A DNA stretch of 64,000 nucleotides from Tubulanus polymorphus (GCF_964204645.1 NC_134025.1:17583101-17647100), one strand, 5' to 3'. Numbered from the stretch's first letter, positions 13,026-27,205 are shown. Notes: generated by a model not told the origin, from the sequence alone. Translations and numbers: made by a program.

Positions 13026-13160
13026 AATGAATGAATGAATGTTCATATTTGTATAGCGCCGATTTCACTGTAATCAGTGTTCAAAGGCGCTCCCCAGCGG
13101 TACAGAAGCAACAGGTAAAAAGAAATGTTTTAAGTCCGGTTTTAAATTACGCGGACTTAA
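13026..13160 (-). mobile_element. 3' end of an L2-type LINE, 5'-truncated
   Basis: Minus strand encodes FKTGLKTFLF (L2 ORF2 C-terminal motif), followed by gcgctataca and a (CATT)n tail. Confidence 0.7.
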
Positions 13161-13180
13161 AGAAAACAATTAAATCTTAC

Positions 13181-13380
13181 CGACGTATAAGTTCCGAACA
13201 TCGAAGTTCATTCCGAAACGAATCTTCTAACTCAGATGCTAATGAGTCTGTGGGTGAATAAGGAGTGTATGCATATCGTGTGGCACGGGGTCGATCCATG
13301 CGCCTAACTGACTTGATTTCTTCATTGGCCTCATGTAGTAGTTCCACACATTCATCATACTTCTTCCTCAATTCAGAAAC
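13181..13380 (-). CDS. TRAK: Coding exon (200 nt, phase 0 to 2) of the TRAK/milton gene, end of HAP1_N domain
   Basis: Acceptor gattag and donor CG|gtaaga. Reads VSELRKKYDECVELLHEANEEIKSVRR...YSPTDSLASELEDSFRNEL, matching the TRAK motifs L.EL..KY.EC...LHEA.EE.K and DSLA.E.E...R.EL. Overlaps ORF 13177..13371. Confidence 0.9.
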
Positions 13381-13823
13381 CTAATCAGCATGAAATTGAT
13401 TGAGATTAGACAGGTGTTGTCATACGTAAACATCAACCCCTACATCAGTGACCTGATGGAAAATAGCAGGTATCATAACTTGTAAAGAGAAACCTCACTT
13501 AATAATCTGTTGCACAATTCACTATTTTCTTACACATCAAGTGTAGCCCAAATAAGCATTCCTTTTTAACTATAATGTTACATAAATACATAATGATCAT
13601 TGTATATATTATTATTAAATATTAGCTATAATGAGTGATGGATTAATGAAATATAAATGATTCATCTGACACAGATGTAGATGGTGCCGATGATGACATA
13701 ATAGAGACTACATGCTGAATTCAAGCCAATGCAAACTTATGGCTTCATGTTGACATTCATGGTATTTAAAATTTAAAGTTATCCACGTTTTATTTTATAT
13801 ATCATTTTTATGCATAGTACATA

Positions 13824-14398
13824 CCGTAAAAACCGGCGTATAAGTCGAGTTTTTAACCCTTGATTTTACCAGTAAACAATTGACCTCGACTTATACGCCG
13901 AGTACAGTTTTCTACGAAGTATTTTCAGGTCACACGAAATATTGATTCTACCAGATAAAAAAGACTATAACAGTGCTATAACAGTTTGAATAATTATTCA
14001 TGATAAATAAAGTTATTTAATGAAAAAAACTTCTTTAATTTTGACACAGCTTCATTTAAAACGATGTATTCATATATGCGCGCTCATAGCAGCGCTTAAT
14101 ACATTAGGCTATATATAGCCTGTGACTCACACTACTGTATCACTGTATGGTAGTGTATTATACCTGAGTGTGTGTAACAGTCTATTGATTAACACACAGC
14201 AGCAATCAGGCTGACACGTGGCGGCGTGCGTGAAGGCACACATCGTTATCAAAACAAACTATTCAATACAATGATACTAGTAATTATTCTTCTAAGAGAA
14301 GGGACTCGACTTATAAGCCGGATATATGTTAAAATCATAAAATGTAGGTCTAAAAATCGACTTATACGCCGCGGAGACTTATACGCCGGTTTTTACGG
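13824..14398. mobile_element. Tc1/mariner (pogo/Tc2-like) MITE
   Basis: Perfect 23-bp TIR CCGTAAAAACCGGCGTATAAGTC with TA on both sides. A diverged right-half copy lies at about 41130-41330. Confidence 0.92.
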
Positions 14399-15229
14399 TA
14401 CATGAGTATGCAGTAAATGTCCCTTAGAAGCTTGGGAAGCTCTACCAGTACAGTTGAATCTCATCTTAGTAGTCATGGTTATCTCGCGGGCTACGGCACC
14501 GATTGAAGGTATAAATTGCCCATGGGCAAAGTGTGGTTTACCTTGAAAGCTAGAGGTTGTTTGGAGTAAGGGCATTGCTTGAAAATCTTTTTAATTCGTT
14601 ACTTCATAGTTCTAGAAGTTTATATTGTATTTTATCTTTCATAAAGAATTATTTTGTAGTCAAATAAGACCAAAGATAAACATTTGTTTATGGTCTACGT
14701 CCAAAACTTCGTAGGGCACAGGTAGGCACAGTATTGGAAACTATTTTATATTTTCAAAAAAGTATTTTTCGCAATATGAAAAAATATTCAAATAAAATTC
14801 ATATGATGTCACATATCAGAGGGTGGCTAAATATTGAGTCTTGGAAACGAAACCTCTTCCAATGTATGGCCGCGGACGCTAAAACGCCGGGGCGTAGTAT
14901 TAGATCGTTTTAAATCCTGGAATTTACCACTACAATATTGAGACCTCGACCTATACCTTTCAAAGTGCACGCGCCAAGCAGCGTTACAACATCTCCATAT
15001 AGTAGTCTGTATGAGCATGTATTTGTGTGCAACAGTCTAATGTTTAGCACTCCAGTGCCGCGCACGTGGAGGCCTTGTGTAGTAAACGTTCGCTTCACTT
15101 CAATCTCAATCAACACAATCACCGGGTATTAAAATGAAACAATACCTATGGCGATATGTGAAATAATTATATTCTCACCACCAATGAGCATTTAAAATTC
15201 GCACCTAGTCCAATGAAACGTTCGCCATA

Positions 15230-15570
15230 AATGGCTTCCCCATAATTATTTTAGTAGCGCCGGAATTCCCCGTATATCCTAAAAACAGCCAATCACATTC
15301 GCTCGTAGAGACGACGCTCCCCAATCGAGGTCATTGCAATTATATACGCAAGAGCTAAGAATTTTCCCGCCAAAAACAGTTTTTCGTCGAATTTAAACAG
15401 AGGTGACCATGTCATCGACGGAGGTTCGTAATGTCCAATCGCATCGATTATACATCGTTTAACCCAAGAACCAATGAAAAAAATGCTCACATAAAAAAAC
15501 GTACCGCGATTTTACATGAATTGGCTTAATGCCAACCTCATACTGCTGACAAAGGTAAACCAAAAATTGT
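15230..15570. repeat. Dispersed repeat shared with about 35835-36165
   Basis: Shared aaaacagccaatcacatt(c/t)gctcgtagagac...gaggtcattgcaat...aaaggtaaaccaaaa. Confidence 0.75.
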
Positions 15571-15844
15571 GCCATATCTCAACTTTATTTAAAGGATTAC
15601 AGTTATGATGAAAATTAAGGATATACTTAATCATGAATTCGGTTAGCATCGAGTAGGAAATAAATCGCACATAGGCAAAGTGAAAACAAAACTGGAGCTA
15701 GTTTGACCTATGAAAAATCTTCTTAATTCTAAGTTGAAAGTTCTATTTTATATTGTATTTTGTAAGTGAATATTGACCTCGACTAGTACGCTGAGCGAAA
15801 CAATAGTTCAGGTATATAAAGGTCAGAAACTGACGATCGCATAA

Positions 15845-15975
15845 TGATCAGTTGCGCGAGTTGTTACTTCACGCAGATAGGATATTTTCATGATCAGTTG
15901 CGTGAGGTAATTAGACCCGGTACTTCGCGCAGCTGGTGATCAGTTGCGCAAGGTTATTAGCCCCGGTACTTCGTA
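15845..15975 (+). repeat. Three degenerate ~46-bp tandem units with internal palindrome
   Basis: gatcagttgcg...tacttc(a/g)cgcag repeated at about 15846, 15892 and 15938. Confidence 0.7.
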
Positions 15976-18900
15976 CTCAAAGACTTCTGTTGCATGGATT
16001 TTATTTTACCTCTATTTAGTGCGTTGATTTTTCAGGCGGGCGGGATTTTTAAGTAACATTTTTTCAAAGGATTTTCCGACAATGACAAACAGAAGAGAAA
16101 AACGAAGTCCGCCACAAATTTAAGTAAATAGGAGAGAAGCAAACTAAGAGAATTAAAATAAGTGCAGTTAAAATTAGATCAAGATTAAAGCAAAATAAAC
16201 AAGGGGTGATTATCTAGGACAAGAGTTGAATACATGTAACGTGAGTGACAATAAACGAGTATAAATTGTTTGTGTTTGGAATTGTTAGTGTATACATGCG
16301 TGATATCTACAAACAGTTTAGCAGAGAACATTAAATACACGTATACTGATTGAGAAAAAAGATGAGTATTAAATAACAATTTTCTTCATTACGAATTAGT
16401 CAGAGATATGGAAGGTCAAAATTTTTTTATTTGTTTGCTTCGTCTGATATATGGACAAATTATACATCGTCGAAAAGGTAACATCAACAGCCATCACTGA
16501 GTTTGTTGTCGCCCTTCACAACTGGTGCAGTTTTGCACAATGCTGTTACCAAGGTTACAGCGTAACTAAAATGATGATGATTTCATCACTTTTTCTGGAA
16601 ATTTATTTCCTTCATAACTCAAAACCAAATTGAGATAAGGTTTCAATGCCAACGGTTAGCAACAGCTCACCTATTGTTCTTTTGTTTGATGACCAAAAAT
16701 ATATCATCTAACACACTTGGAAACCGATATAGAGAACCCCCATATAATGTTCTATAAGCTAAATTGTTGGGGAAGCCCTGTCTTATTGCATTGCAATGGG
16801 AACGGGATCCAATAAACACATCTGGTAAAATTTGCTTCATTAAATTGCTCATATCTCCGCAATGGGTGGACTTAGAAATGACATTTTTATGGGCACCCTA
16901 TGTTTTTGAGGCTGATCTTTCATTTCCCACGTATATTGAAGGGATTGCTTATGCATTATCGTAGTCATCATCCATTTCCATAGGCAAAAATTCTATTTTT
17001 ATTTTTCAAATACTCTTTGTGTAAATAATTTTTGATGTCTGTCTGATCTTATTTGATTTTAATTTGCATGATAATTGACTGATAATGACAAATAACTATA
17101 AAACGTTGGTATTGACAGGAAACAGTGAAACTGCAACATATGATAAAATAAGGCCTAAATATGCATGAAAATGAAAATATGCATTGATTTTTCAACAATA
17201 CTATCCATTAATTTTCTGTTCAAAATTCATAAGAAAAGAAAGAATGGTGTTTTATATCCCTGCTCAGTTTCCTATATTCAAGCACAGGTAAATTAATGTT
17301 AGTATGATTTCAATACATATATTGTTCATTCTGGCTATATTTCTTCTTTTTGAAATGCAAATTAATGGATTAATGTTTAAGGAAGTTTCATCCAGTAAAG
17401 AGAACTGCCCACATTTTGATTTTCTAGTTACTTTAAATTATGTGCCCTAAATGTAATATTCAGCTAGTTTAAATGAGGGGAACCAACGACTAAATTTCAT
17501 TTTCTTCGTTGTGATCATTAAGTTATGCTAGGTCTTTAAGATTTCCATTTGTTTTATAGGCCTAGGTGAAAATGTCTTCATCAAAATGTTGTCATCGGGT
17601 ATGTGTGATATGTCAAATGGGTGATACAGATGGCGATGAATTGATTGATACACCCAAGTCTGAGATCGTTCCAATGCTTCTGTAGATCGGTGGAGAAAAG
17701 GAATGACAAGAGAATGATATTTTACACCAAGGATGGTAAGGAGAATGCAACTTGGCATCGTCACTGTTATTGTTCATACACAAGTAAAGGTAATATAAAA
17801 CGAGTTGTGAAGAGACAATTAGTGTATCTGAAGGAAGATGATAGTGAAGATGAACAGATGGACCGCGTAAAACGTGAAAAATTCGATTGGGAAAGGAAAG
17901 GAAAATGTCGATGGTTGAAACGAAGTAGGGGCCGAGGATCATCCAAGAAGCTGGATTCATACATTGTGATGCAGTTCACCGTAGGATAATAAATGAGGAT
18001 TTAGTGGCAAAAGCAGCACAATATAATACTCAATGTCGTGCTAACTATGTTAACAGTTCAACAAGTAAACAATTGAGTATTGAACACCATATAATCGATA
18101 TGGGTGAATTGACTGACCAGTACAACAGTATTTTGAGAAACATGAGTGCGCTGAATCACACAGAATATAAATCCCAGAACCTGAAGTCAAGACTAATCCA
18201 ACATTATGGCGGGAAGGTTGTATTCCACAATCAACGCGATAAAAAGAAACCGTTAGTGGTCTGTAGCTCAAATATAGACCAAGGGGATATCATGAAGATG
18301 TTGATGAAATCTGTTGCCCAATCCAATTCGAAATATGATTATGTAGAAAATGACCTAGAATATGAATCTGATGCATCAATACTGACAAGGGCGGCACTCG
18401 TTCTGAGGAGTTGTATAAAGGGATACAAGCCAACTCCAGAATCTCATTCAAAATCACCAGGCGAAGTTATTCTAGATCCACTGAAAATGTTTTTCCTCAC
18501 ATTACTGGGTGCTGAAGATAATGATCCGAAGACTGATCTAGTAGAATCAATGGCACAAGATATCATGTTCAACTGCAGTGCTGGTCACATTATATGACAC
18601 CCAAACATGTATCTCTTTCGTATTCAGTGCGACAACTTACTGGTAGCAAAGACCTCATTACAATGTTGAACAGGCTTGGACACTCAGTGTCTTATTCACA
18701 GATGTTGAAGATGGACTCGCTATATATTGAAAAAAATTCTGAGTTGGACTTTACTCCACCCAGTTTGCAAGTTGTTGGTCCACTCATTCAGTTTTCTGCA
18801 GATTTCAGCGAAGAATCACTTCGCGGCAACACTACACATGTGAAATCTGTGATTGCCTTGCAGCATGTTTTGCGGTCTGGATTGCCTTTGCCACAACTAC

Positions 18901-20855
18901 GTCCAGCGAGGACAAGTCAACATACGAAGGATGGCGTTTATGGAAAAATCAGTCCAGAATGGTATTTGGGTGAAATAGAAATTAGTAGCTCGTTAAATCA
19001 TGCGTGGTTGATAAGTCATCTGTGTCCAACAAAACTCTTTGTGGCTAAGGTTGATGAAAGCTATTAATGTGGATTACTGTCCAATAGTTCCTGCAGTAGC
19101 TTCGGATATCAATACAATTTCCATTGTCATCAACACTGCTAGAAATATCATGTTGGGCAAAAGTACACAGTTATAACGTTTGATCTCGCGATTTACCGCA
19201 AAGCAGATGATTAACGATGAAAAATAAGGAATGGTTCGCAGATGTTATCATCAAACTCGGTGGCTTCCATGTCATACTTGCTTTCCTGGCGGCGATCAGC
19301 AGTATGTTTTAAGGTAGCAGAATTGAAGACATTTTTGTTTGAGGCCGGGGTTCATGGCCCAGGAACAGCTGCATCAATTATGAACACATCGCTGATGATG
19401 ATGTTAACTTCCTTCGTGGATTATCAAACTGACAAGGAGATCAGAGAAACCTACAACAGTATCTAGGAGGCTATCGCAGAAGACCCTAAAACTGCATACA
19501 ACATTGTCAATCGTTGAACCTTCTTGAAGACAAGCAAGAGATTTCAGAAGAATGTAGATGAATGCTGCACGAAGTGAAACATGTTTAGATATTGGCATGA
19601 ATACACAAAGATGGTTAGCATCCTTCTGAATTTCATCAAAGCAGATAGTGGTGACTGGGGTCGACATTTACAGGCTTGCTCTCTGATGCTACCCTACATG
19701 TTTGCCATGAACAGACACAATTATGCAAGGTAAGCATCATTATGAAGATATATTAGATTGTGATATAATGGTCAATTTGTTGTACATATGGAAGACAACA
19801 GTATAATGAGATAATAATTATTAACACTGGTTTTGATAAACCTGATATTTTAGGTGGTTGCCAATCTACATCACGCAGATGCAGAATCTGCCACAATATG
19901 CACCAGAAGTCCACGAAGCCTTCACTCGGGGATTGCATTCGGCAAGCAGGTCTGCTGAGCCGTTCTCTTCCAAAAATTGAAACGACTTACAAGTAAGTAT
20001 CTGTTTCACGACTCCCTATCGAAAGACTTTTATTGTGTAATTCTACTGAATCATTTCCTTCAAAGGTGGATCAGGACTGCACATCTCAGGGCAAAAATGG
20101 TTTCCTCAATGAAGGATATGAGTAGTATAACATCATCTAAAACAGGACACAGAGAAAGCACCCTAATAAGGTCTAAACGTGATAGTGAAGATGTTGATGC
20201 AATAGTGAATGTATTCATCAAAATCCGTTTCAAGCAATTGAATCCGATCTCTTCAATATCGTTACTGGTGGGTGCTACCATTTACATATTATTTTTGTAG
20301 TTCATGATACGCAACATTAGAAAAATGGTTAAAAGATGTTAAATTCCATTTCATGCAGGTGTCGCTTTGTCTCCAGAAGCAAGCAAGAGCCTATTGAGTG
20401 CACACAACACTGGTATCGACAGTATGAAGACTTTTATAACAGATCGTTTGGAGACAGGAAAAGTAAAACAGGAGAAGCAGTGAAAACGTCTGGAATGAAA
20501 ACATTCAACAGTACAACAAAGCCATTAAGATTAACAACACACAAAAACCTCTGTCTGCCCTTCAAAGCCAAGAACTACTCAACCGATTACTCGTCATAGC
20601 TCAGCATAGACAGGTGTATAGAATATGGATTCCTAAGCCGCCTTCAGACGATAACTACGTAGTTAGACCAGTTTAAATGGGTCCGCACCAAGTTCGCTAC
20701 AAATTTGGACTGGACCAAATCTGTGTGCATTCACACACACATTGCTAAATTGGCTAAAGATTGTTATGACTGTGCTTGCAAGATGTAATTTACCCCGAAA
20801 TTTATATCTAAATGATAGATGTATGAGTCCCTGTTTTTTATTTGAACAATTTTGA

Positions 20856-21050
20856 TGGTTTGAAGGATCAAACATTAGGTATTGTTTTTACAATGTATGT
20901 TGTAAGGTGGTGCTGCCACCTATTCATGTTATGCATGCTTTAGTTTGGAGAATAGATGCCAAGATGGCTTAATAAACTTTTGTTATATTCATTCGAAAAA
21001 ATCGATTGTCATCCGGACTATTTGAAGAATTTAGGAGAATCTCCCTGACA
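20856..21050 (+). repeat. BEL 5' LTR
   Basis: TG...CA, contains AATAAA, 190/195 identical to 27206-27400. Confidence 0.97.
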
Positions 21051-21054
21051 TTTT

Positions 21055-21072
21055 TGGTAGCAGAGCGTAGTT
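21055..21072 (+). promoter_or_regulatory. Primer-binding site complementary to initiator tRNA-Met 3' end
   Basis: TGGTAGCAGAGCGTAGTT located 4 nt after the 5' LTR. Confidence 0.85.
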
Positions 21073-21096
21073 ATCTAGAAATAGAAAATAGGCAGG

Positions 21097-24000
21097 ATGG
21101 CATCAACAATAGATCGGAAGATGAGTAAAAGCAAGATAAAATTAGAATTTAATGCTGTCAGAAATCGAATCCAAGACGCATTAGATTTCGATGAACCATC
21201 AAAATCGGACTTGAAAAGGATGATTGCAGAGCTCGACAAGGCTCAGGAAAAAGTGAGTACGATTTTATCGGAGCTATGGGGCCATTTTAACGCCGAAAGT
21301 GATGCCGAAAATGCGGACAAAATCAACATCGAATTAGAACAAGTAATGAATCAACATTCAACTACCAGGGACCACATATCGTCCTTTTTAAGATCTCAGT
21401 CGAGTGAAACGGCTAGTGTGGTCTCAAAACCTGGCATCGTGATAGAAGAATTATCGAAACGCGTGCGTGAACTAGAGATAGAAGCAAGAGTGCTGCGCGA
21501 AACAGCTACAACGAATCATGAAACATTCGAAACCCGTAGTGCAGTGGAACCATCGCAAGACAGTGCCCAATCGGAAATCGACGATAATCGAAATATCGAA
21601 AGTCAGCATTCCATTACCAATCGGCGTGTGTATAATGAAGCATCGCCTAATGAAGATTGGCCAATAGCGTCCTTATTCATTAATGAAAATCTGCCCTATA
21701 CGGATAGAACATATCGGGAGGTTGGACGTCGTGATCAACCTCACAACAATAACAATCGGGGTATAGGAAATGATATGTGGAAGCAATTGAAGCGTGTTGC
21801 CATTCCCATATTTGATGGTGAGAAACATAAATACGAGAATTGGAAAGCGGCCTTCTGCGCATGCGTCGACCAAGCTCCAGCAACTGATGAATATAAGTTG
21901 CTTCAGTTGCGACAATATTTGTCAGGACCAGCTTTGAAATGCATCGAAAGCTTGGGACATTCGTTGGCAGCATATGCAGCATCCAAGGAGAGACTCGATC
22001 GAAAGTACGGAGGTCAGCGACGGCAAATCGCAATTCTGTTCGAAGAGCTAGAAAGTTTTAAACCTGTCCGATCGTCAAATCCACAAGAGATTGAAAGGTT
22101 AGCAGATCTGTTAGATGTCACCGTCGTGAACTTGAAAGAGTCCGGTCGACATAGCGAACTTGGCCATGGAGCGTTATATTGTTCAATCCAAAAGAAACTT
22201 AGCGAGTCAATGTTAACAAGATACCATCGTTGGATCTTCGAAGGTCGTAGAGCCGAATGCGTCGAAACTCTGCGTGAGTGGCTGAATGACAAAGCTGAGT
22301 TCACTACCATTGCCCACGAGACAGTGTCCGAAGTATCAAGCAAAAATCAGTCCGTTAACGCATCGAATTACAGACAGAGACCGCCACGAACACATTTTGG
22401 CACCACAGAGCAAAATAAACGCGTGTGCAAAATATGCTCAGCAGCGGTACATGGGCCTTGTAAAGTGTTTAAGGACATGGAAATTCCAAAACGGTGGGAA
22501 ACCGCGAAGAAAAACGGCTGGTGTTTCCGTTGTCTGGGCCAAGGCCACCGAGGTGAGAAATGTCCTCGCAGCAGGATTTGCGGTATCGATTCGTGCAAGG
22601 AATTGCATAATCGTTTATTACATGCTGAAAGGAGTGTACGGCAAAATTCTAGTCTCAGAACTGAGTTGCCAACCACTAGTAGTCGTAATGAAGTACCATC
22701 GGTTTCATATGTCAACGACAGTGCAGTTCCCCAATCTCCCATGGAGAGGGAGTCGAAAAAGGGGACTTACACTGCAGTAACCGCCAGTGCTAGTCCAGAC
22801 TTCGTAACATTACGTACAGTTCCTGTCCTTCTAATAAATGGAACTAGAAAGTTGCGCGTTAATGCAATGCTGGATGACGGAAGTACAAAAACATACTTGA
22901 ACTCTGATATTGCCGCCGAGTTGGGGCTGAATGGTACGATGTCAAAAGTTGACGTCAGTGTCTTGAATGGTTGTTTAGAGACATTCGAGACAATGCCGGT
23001 TTCCGTTAAACTTCAGAGCATTCATAACCCGTCAGTCACTTGTGAATTAGATGCGTTCACAACAAATCGCGTAACTGGAAATATGAGAACGATCGACTGG
23101 AACAGGCACGCCCAGACCTGGTCGCATTTAGCTGGTATCGAGTTTCCGAAGCTTGGGAAGCGTCCCATCGTTGATATTCTCATCGGGTTAGATTATGCGG
23201 ACTTACACATGTCGCATAAAGACGTTATCAGAAAACCTGGTGAACCGATCGCCCGTTTAACGCCGCTGGGTTGGACTTGCGTTGGTAACCCCAAGTCCGA
23301 GAAACCAAAAACGCATTTCCTTCGCACATATTTTGCAACTCAAGACATAAATTCGACGCTGCGTAAATTTTGGGAAATTGAGAACTGCAGTGACGTGGGC
23401 ATATCATCGTTATGCCCAAATGATCAGCAAGCGTTAACCTGTGTTAAGGAATCTCTAAAATTAGTCAGTGGAAATCATTATCAAGTCGCTATGCCATGGA
23501 AACTTGATGCGCCAAAGTTACCCGAAAACTACGATATGGCATTAAATCGATTAAAAGGTACTGAAAAACGATTGTTGAAAGATTCCGAAATCGCACAGTC
23601 GTACGCCCTGACCTTCGAAAAGTACCTGAAAAACGGATATATTCGAAAATTTCAAACGGAGGAACTAAGTCATGAGGAAGGCTGGTATCTACCACACATC
23701 CCAGTCGTACGGCCAGACAAGTCGACCACTAAAGTGCGTATAGTGTTTGACGCAGCGGCAAAAAAGGATGGAATTTCCTTGAATGATGCGATATTTCAGG
23801 GACCAAAGTTGCAACAAGACTTATTCGCCGTGTTATTGCGTTTTCGGAAAAATCCCGTGACCTTGGTGTGCGATATTGCAGAAATGTATTTGCAAATTGA
23901 GCTCGTCCCACAAGATAGACCCTTTTGTCGTTTTCTGTGGCGCGATCTCAACGAAAAGAAAGATCCCGAGGTTTACGAATTTAACCGGGTTGTCTTTGGC

Positions 24001-26724
24001 GTTACATCGTCGCCATTTCAGGCTCAATTCGTTGCCCAAGAGAATGCTCGCATACACGCCCACGAATATCCGCTCACATCCGAAACCGTTCTGAAGTCGA
24101 CTTATATGGACGACAGTATGGATTCGGTGTTAGATGATCAAAATGCGGTTGAACTTTATCACCAATTATCAGAGTTATGGGCAAAAGCTGGTATGGAGGC
24201 GAGAAAATGGGTGTCCAATTCAGATTCTGTCTTACAGAAAATTCCGGTCGAAAAGAGAGCCGTTGAAATAAATCTAGATTCTGGTAGTTTGCCATCAGTG
24301 AAAACATTAGGTGTACTGTGGAAGGCTGAAGATGATTTGTTCAGTTTTAGCCACACTCAATTAGACGAAACATTCTATTTTTCGAAGAGAAACATTCTGA
24401 GCAAAGTAGCCGCCATATTCGACCCCCTCGGTTTGCTAGCGCCGTTCATAATTCGCGCGAAAATCCTCCTAAAAGAAATCTGGGCCGCCGGTTACGATTG
24501 GGATGAGGAGTTAGGCAGTCAGTTAACTGAAAAGGCAAAAAAATGGTTTGCAGAGTTAACAGAATTGTTGTCGGTAAATGTCCCTAGATGTTTGCGTTTG
24601 GAGCAGGGATACAATCTCGTAACCGTAGAGCTGCACACATTTGTCGACGCGTCACAGGACGCCTATGGAGCAGTAACCTACATGCGCTGTTTATATGATA
24701 ACGGGGCATGCTCGAGTCGTTTTGTAGCCTCCAAGACTAAAGTAGCACCGTTAACAGCTACGAGTATACCGCGACTTGAACTTATGGCGGCAGTTTTAGG
24801 ACTCACATTGTGCCTAACAGTAGCACGAGTGTTAGACATAAAGAAGAAAGATTGTTACTACTGGTCCGACAGTATGGATGTATTATGTTGGATCCGGAGT
24901 CGCAGCCGGTCATTTAAGCCGTTCGTAGCGAATCGCGTTGGATATATACAATCAAATGCCGAACCTAATCAGTGGTCACATATATCCACCGATATAAATC
25001 CAGCTGATCTAGCATCTCATGGTGCAACCATTTTGAAATTAGTTAGCTGCTCGGGTTGGTGGTGCGGTCCGGACTATCTACTAATCGATGATAAAAAGTT
25101 GTGGCCTCATAAGGACATTAATACTAAAGTTGCAAAGCAGGCATCACCCGAGTTGAAAACCATAAAATCCGCGTCATATGTCACTGTTGACGTGGATGCT
25201 GACACGATCACCGGTCGAAGTCTCGACCCAGCTAGTTTTTCAAGTTGGGTGGATCTAACCCGACTTTATGCGCTAGTGATAAGATTTGCCGAGAACTGTC
25301 GTATAGTAGCCGAACATCGAAAAGTTGGTACGTTGTCACCTGAGGAGATATTAGATGCTGAAATATCATTGATTAAGAACGCTCAGCAGGAAGCCTTCGC
25401 AGACGAATATCGTGCGTTAATTGCGAAACGACCACTGCCGAAGTCCAGCAAAATACTTGGGTTGAACCCAAAATTAGATGGAACTGGACTGATGCAGATG
25501 GATGGTCATCTCACGCGGGCGGAATTCTAATCGTATGATGCGCGGTTCCCGATAATCTTGCCAAGAAAACATAGCGTGACAAAGCTTATCATTCGAAAAT
25601 ATCATGAGCTCGGTAACCATATCGCGGGGACTAATCACACGCTGTCGGATATAACCGCTCGGTATTGGATAATCTCTGGGAGAGAAGTGATTCGTGAAGT
25701 TGAAAACGGATGCAAAGTATGCATACGCCGAAAAGCTAAAGCGGGGAGGCAAATCATGGCTCCACTCCCAGATAAGCGTCTACGTTTATCATTTCGTGCA
25801 TTCAGTTCGACTGCAGTTAATTATGGTGGTCCATTTTTAACAAAGCAGGGCTGCGGCAAGGTTCGCTCCAAGCGGTACTTGTGTCTATTCACTTGTTTGG
25901 AAATACGCGCTGTACATTTAGAAATGGCATACGGATTAGATACCGATAGTTTTCTAAATGCGTTTTACCGGTTTGTTAATCGCCGCGGTTTACCGAATGA
26001 GATGAATTCTGATAACGGTGGAAATTTTGTCGGCGCTGACAAAGAATTAAAAGGTCTAGTTGCTCAAATCGATCAGGATAAGGTGCAGAATTTCACTGCT
26101 GCGGTTAAGTGGATGTTCAATCCTCCGGCAGCTCCGCACTTTGGAGGAGTTCACGAAACGATGATAAAATCCGCCAAACGTGCGATATATGCGATATTGA
26201 AAATCGCGGACATCACTGACGAGGAGTTGTTAACAGCGTTTACTGGTGCCGAATCACTGTTAAATTCGCATCCGCTTACTTATCAAACCGCTAGCGTTAA
26301 CGATGACGTCCCATTAACGCCGAATCATTTTCTGTTCGGGCAATGTGGCGGAAAATTTGCGCCGGAAATTGTTGACTCTACCGATTTTAATCCGAGGCGT
26401 CGTTGGCGTAGAGTTCAGGAACTGGACAAGCATTTCTGGCATCGCTGGATGGTTGAATGGGTACCTGAACAAAATCGGCGTAAAAAATGGGCCACGATTC
26501 AAACCGATTTGAAAGTTAGTGACATAGTGCTCGTAATGTCACCTGACACCCCTAGGGGGCAGTGGCCGCTCGGTAAAATCATTGAAACCCATCCCGGATT
26601 GGATGGTCATGTGCGCGTCGAAACGGTGCAAGTTGGAAAAAGCACATATAAGCGTCCAATTAGCAAGTTGTGTCTAATTGAGAGTTCAAAAATAAGCGCA
26701 GTTAATGATGTAGATAAATCCTAA
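21097..26724 (+). pseudogene. BEL/Pao gag-pol polyprotein with one in-frame TAA at 25528-25530
   Basis: ORFs 21097..25530 and 25558..26724 share a frame with no other stop between them. Gag with three Cys/His knuckles, protease LDDGS, RT KVRIVFDAA and YMDD, Pao RNase H FVDAS...IPRLEL...SDS...NPAD, integrase HHCC, SDNG and GGVHE. Confidence 0.95.
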
Positions 26725-27191
26725 ATAGACTATATGTTCCATTGATGTAAGCATTATGAAAAGAATTATTCCTCTGTTCCATCGATGTAACATGGTGTAT
26801 TGTTTTATCAGACTTAATCTGGTTGATAAATGTGTAATCGGTTGTGGGTGTTGGTTAGGCAATTGTAAAATTACATGATGTCAGGTAGATTGTAGGATTA
26901 ATGTCATAAATATATAGATAATTTGAGACTTCTATAAGTATATAGTCTATTTTAAAGATAGAACACATTATTTACACATGATTAGAGTATAGTCCAGGTT
27001 CAGGTTCTGTTGTTTGATAGTTAAAGTGAATTTTATCAACACAAATTTATGTTTAGCAATTAGTTTTAGATATCATTGATCGCGTTGAGATATTATTCTA
27101 TGCATTGATCTAGATTATTAAGGTCTAGAGATAGGTTGGGTCATAGTTTAGTCATTTAGACATTTTGTATTAAATCGATATAAATTATATC

Positions 27192-27205
27192 GAGGAGAGG
27201 GAGAA
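27192..27205 (+). promoter_or_regulatory. Polypurine tract of the BEL element
   Basis: gaggagagggagaa immediately before the 3' LTR. Confidence 0.9.

Noticed and set aside
25528-25530. Programmed stop-codon read-through separating RT/RNase H from integrase
   Set aside because: BEL elements normally have one continuous ORF here. A single TTA>TAA-type change explains it, and the copy has other inactivating changes such as the integrase Asp to Asn.
21673-26502. Overlapping and antisense ORFs within the BEL element
   Set aside because: No recognisable motifs; expected shadows of a long coding frame.
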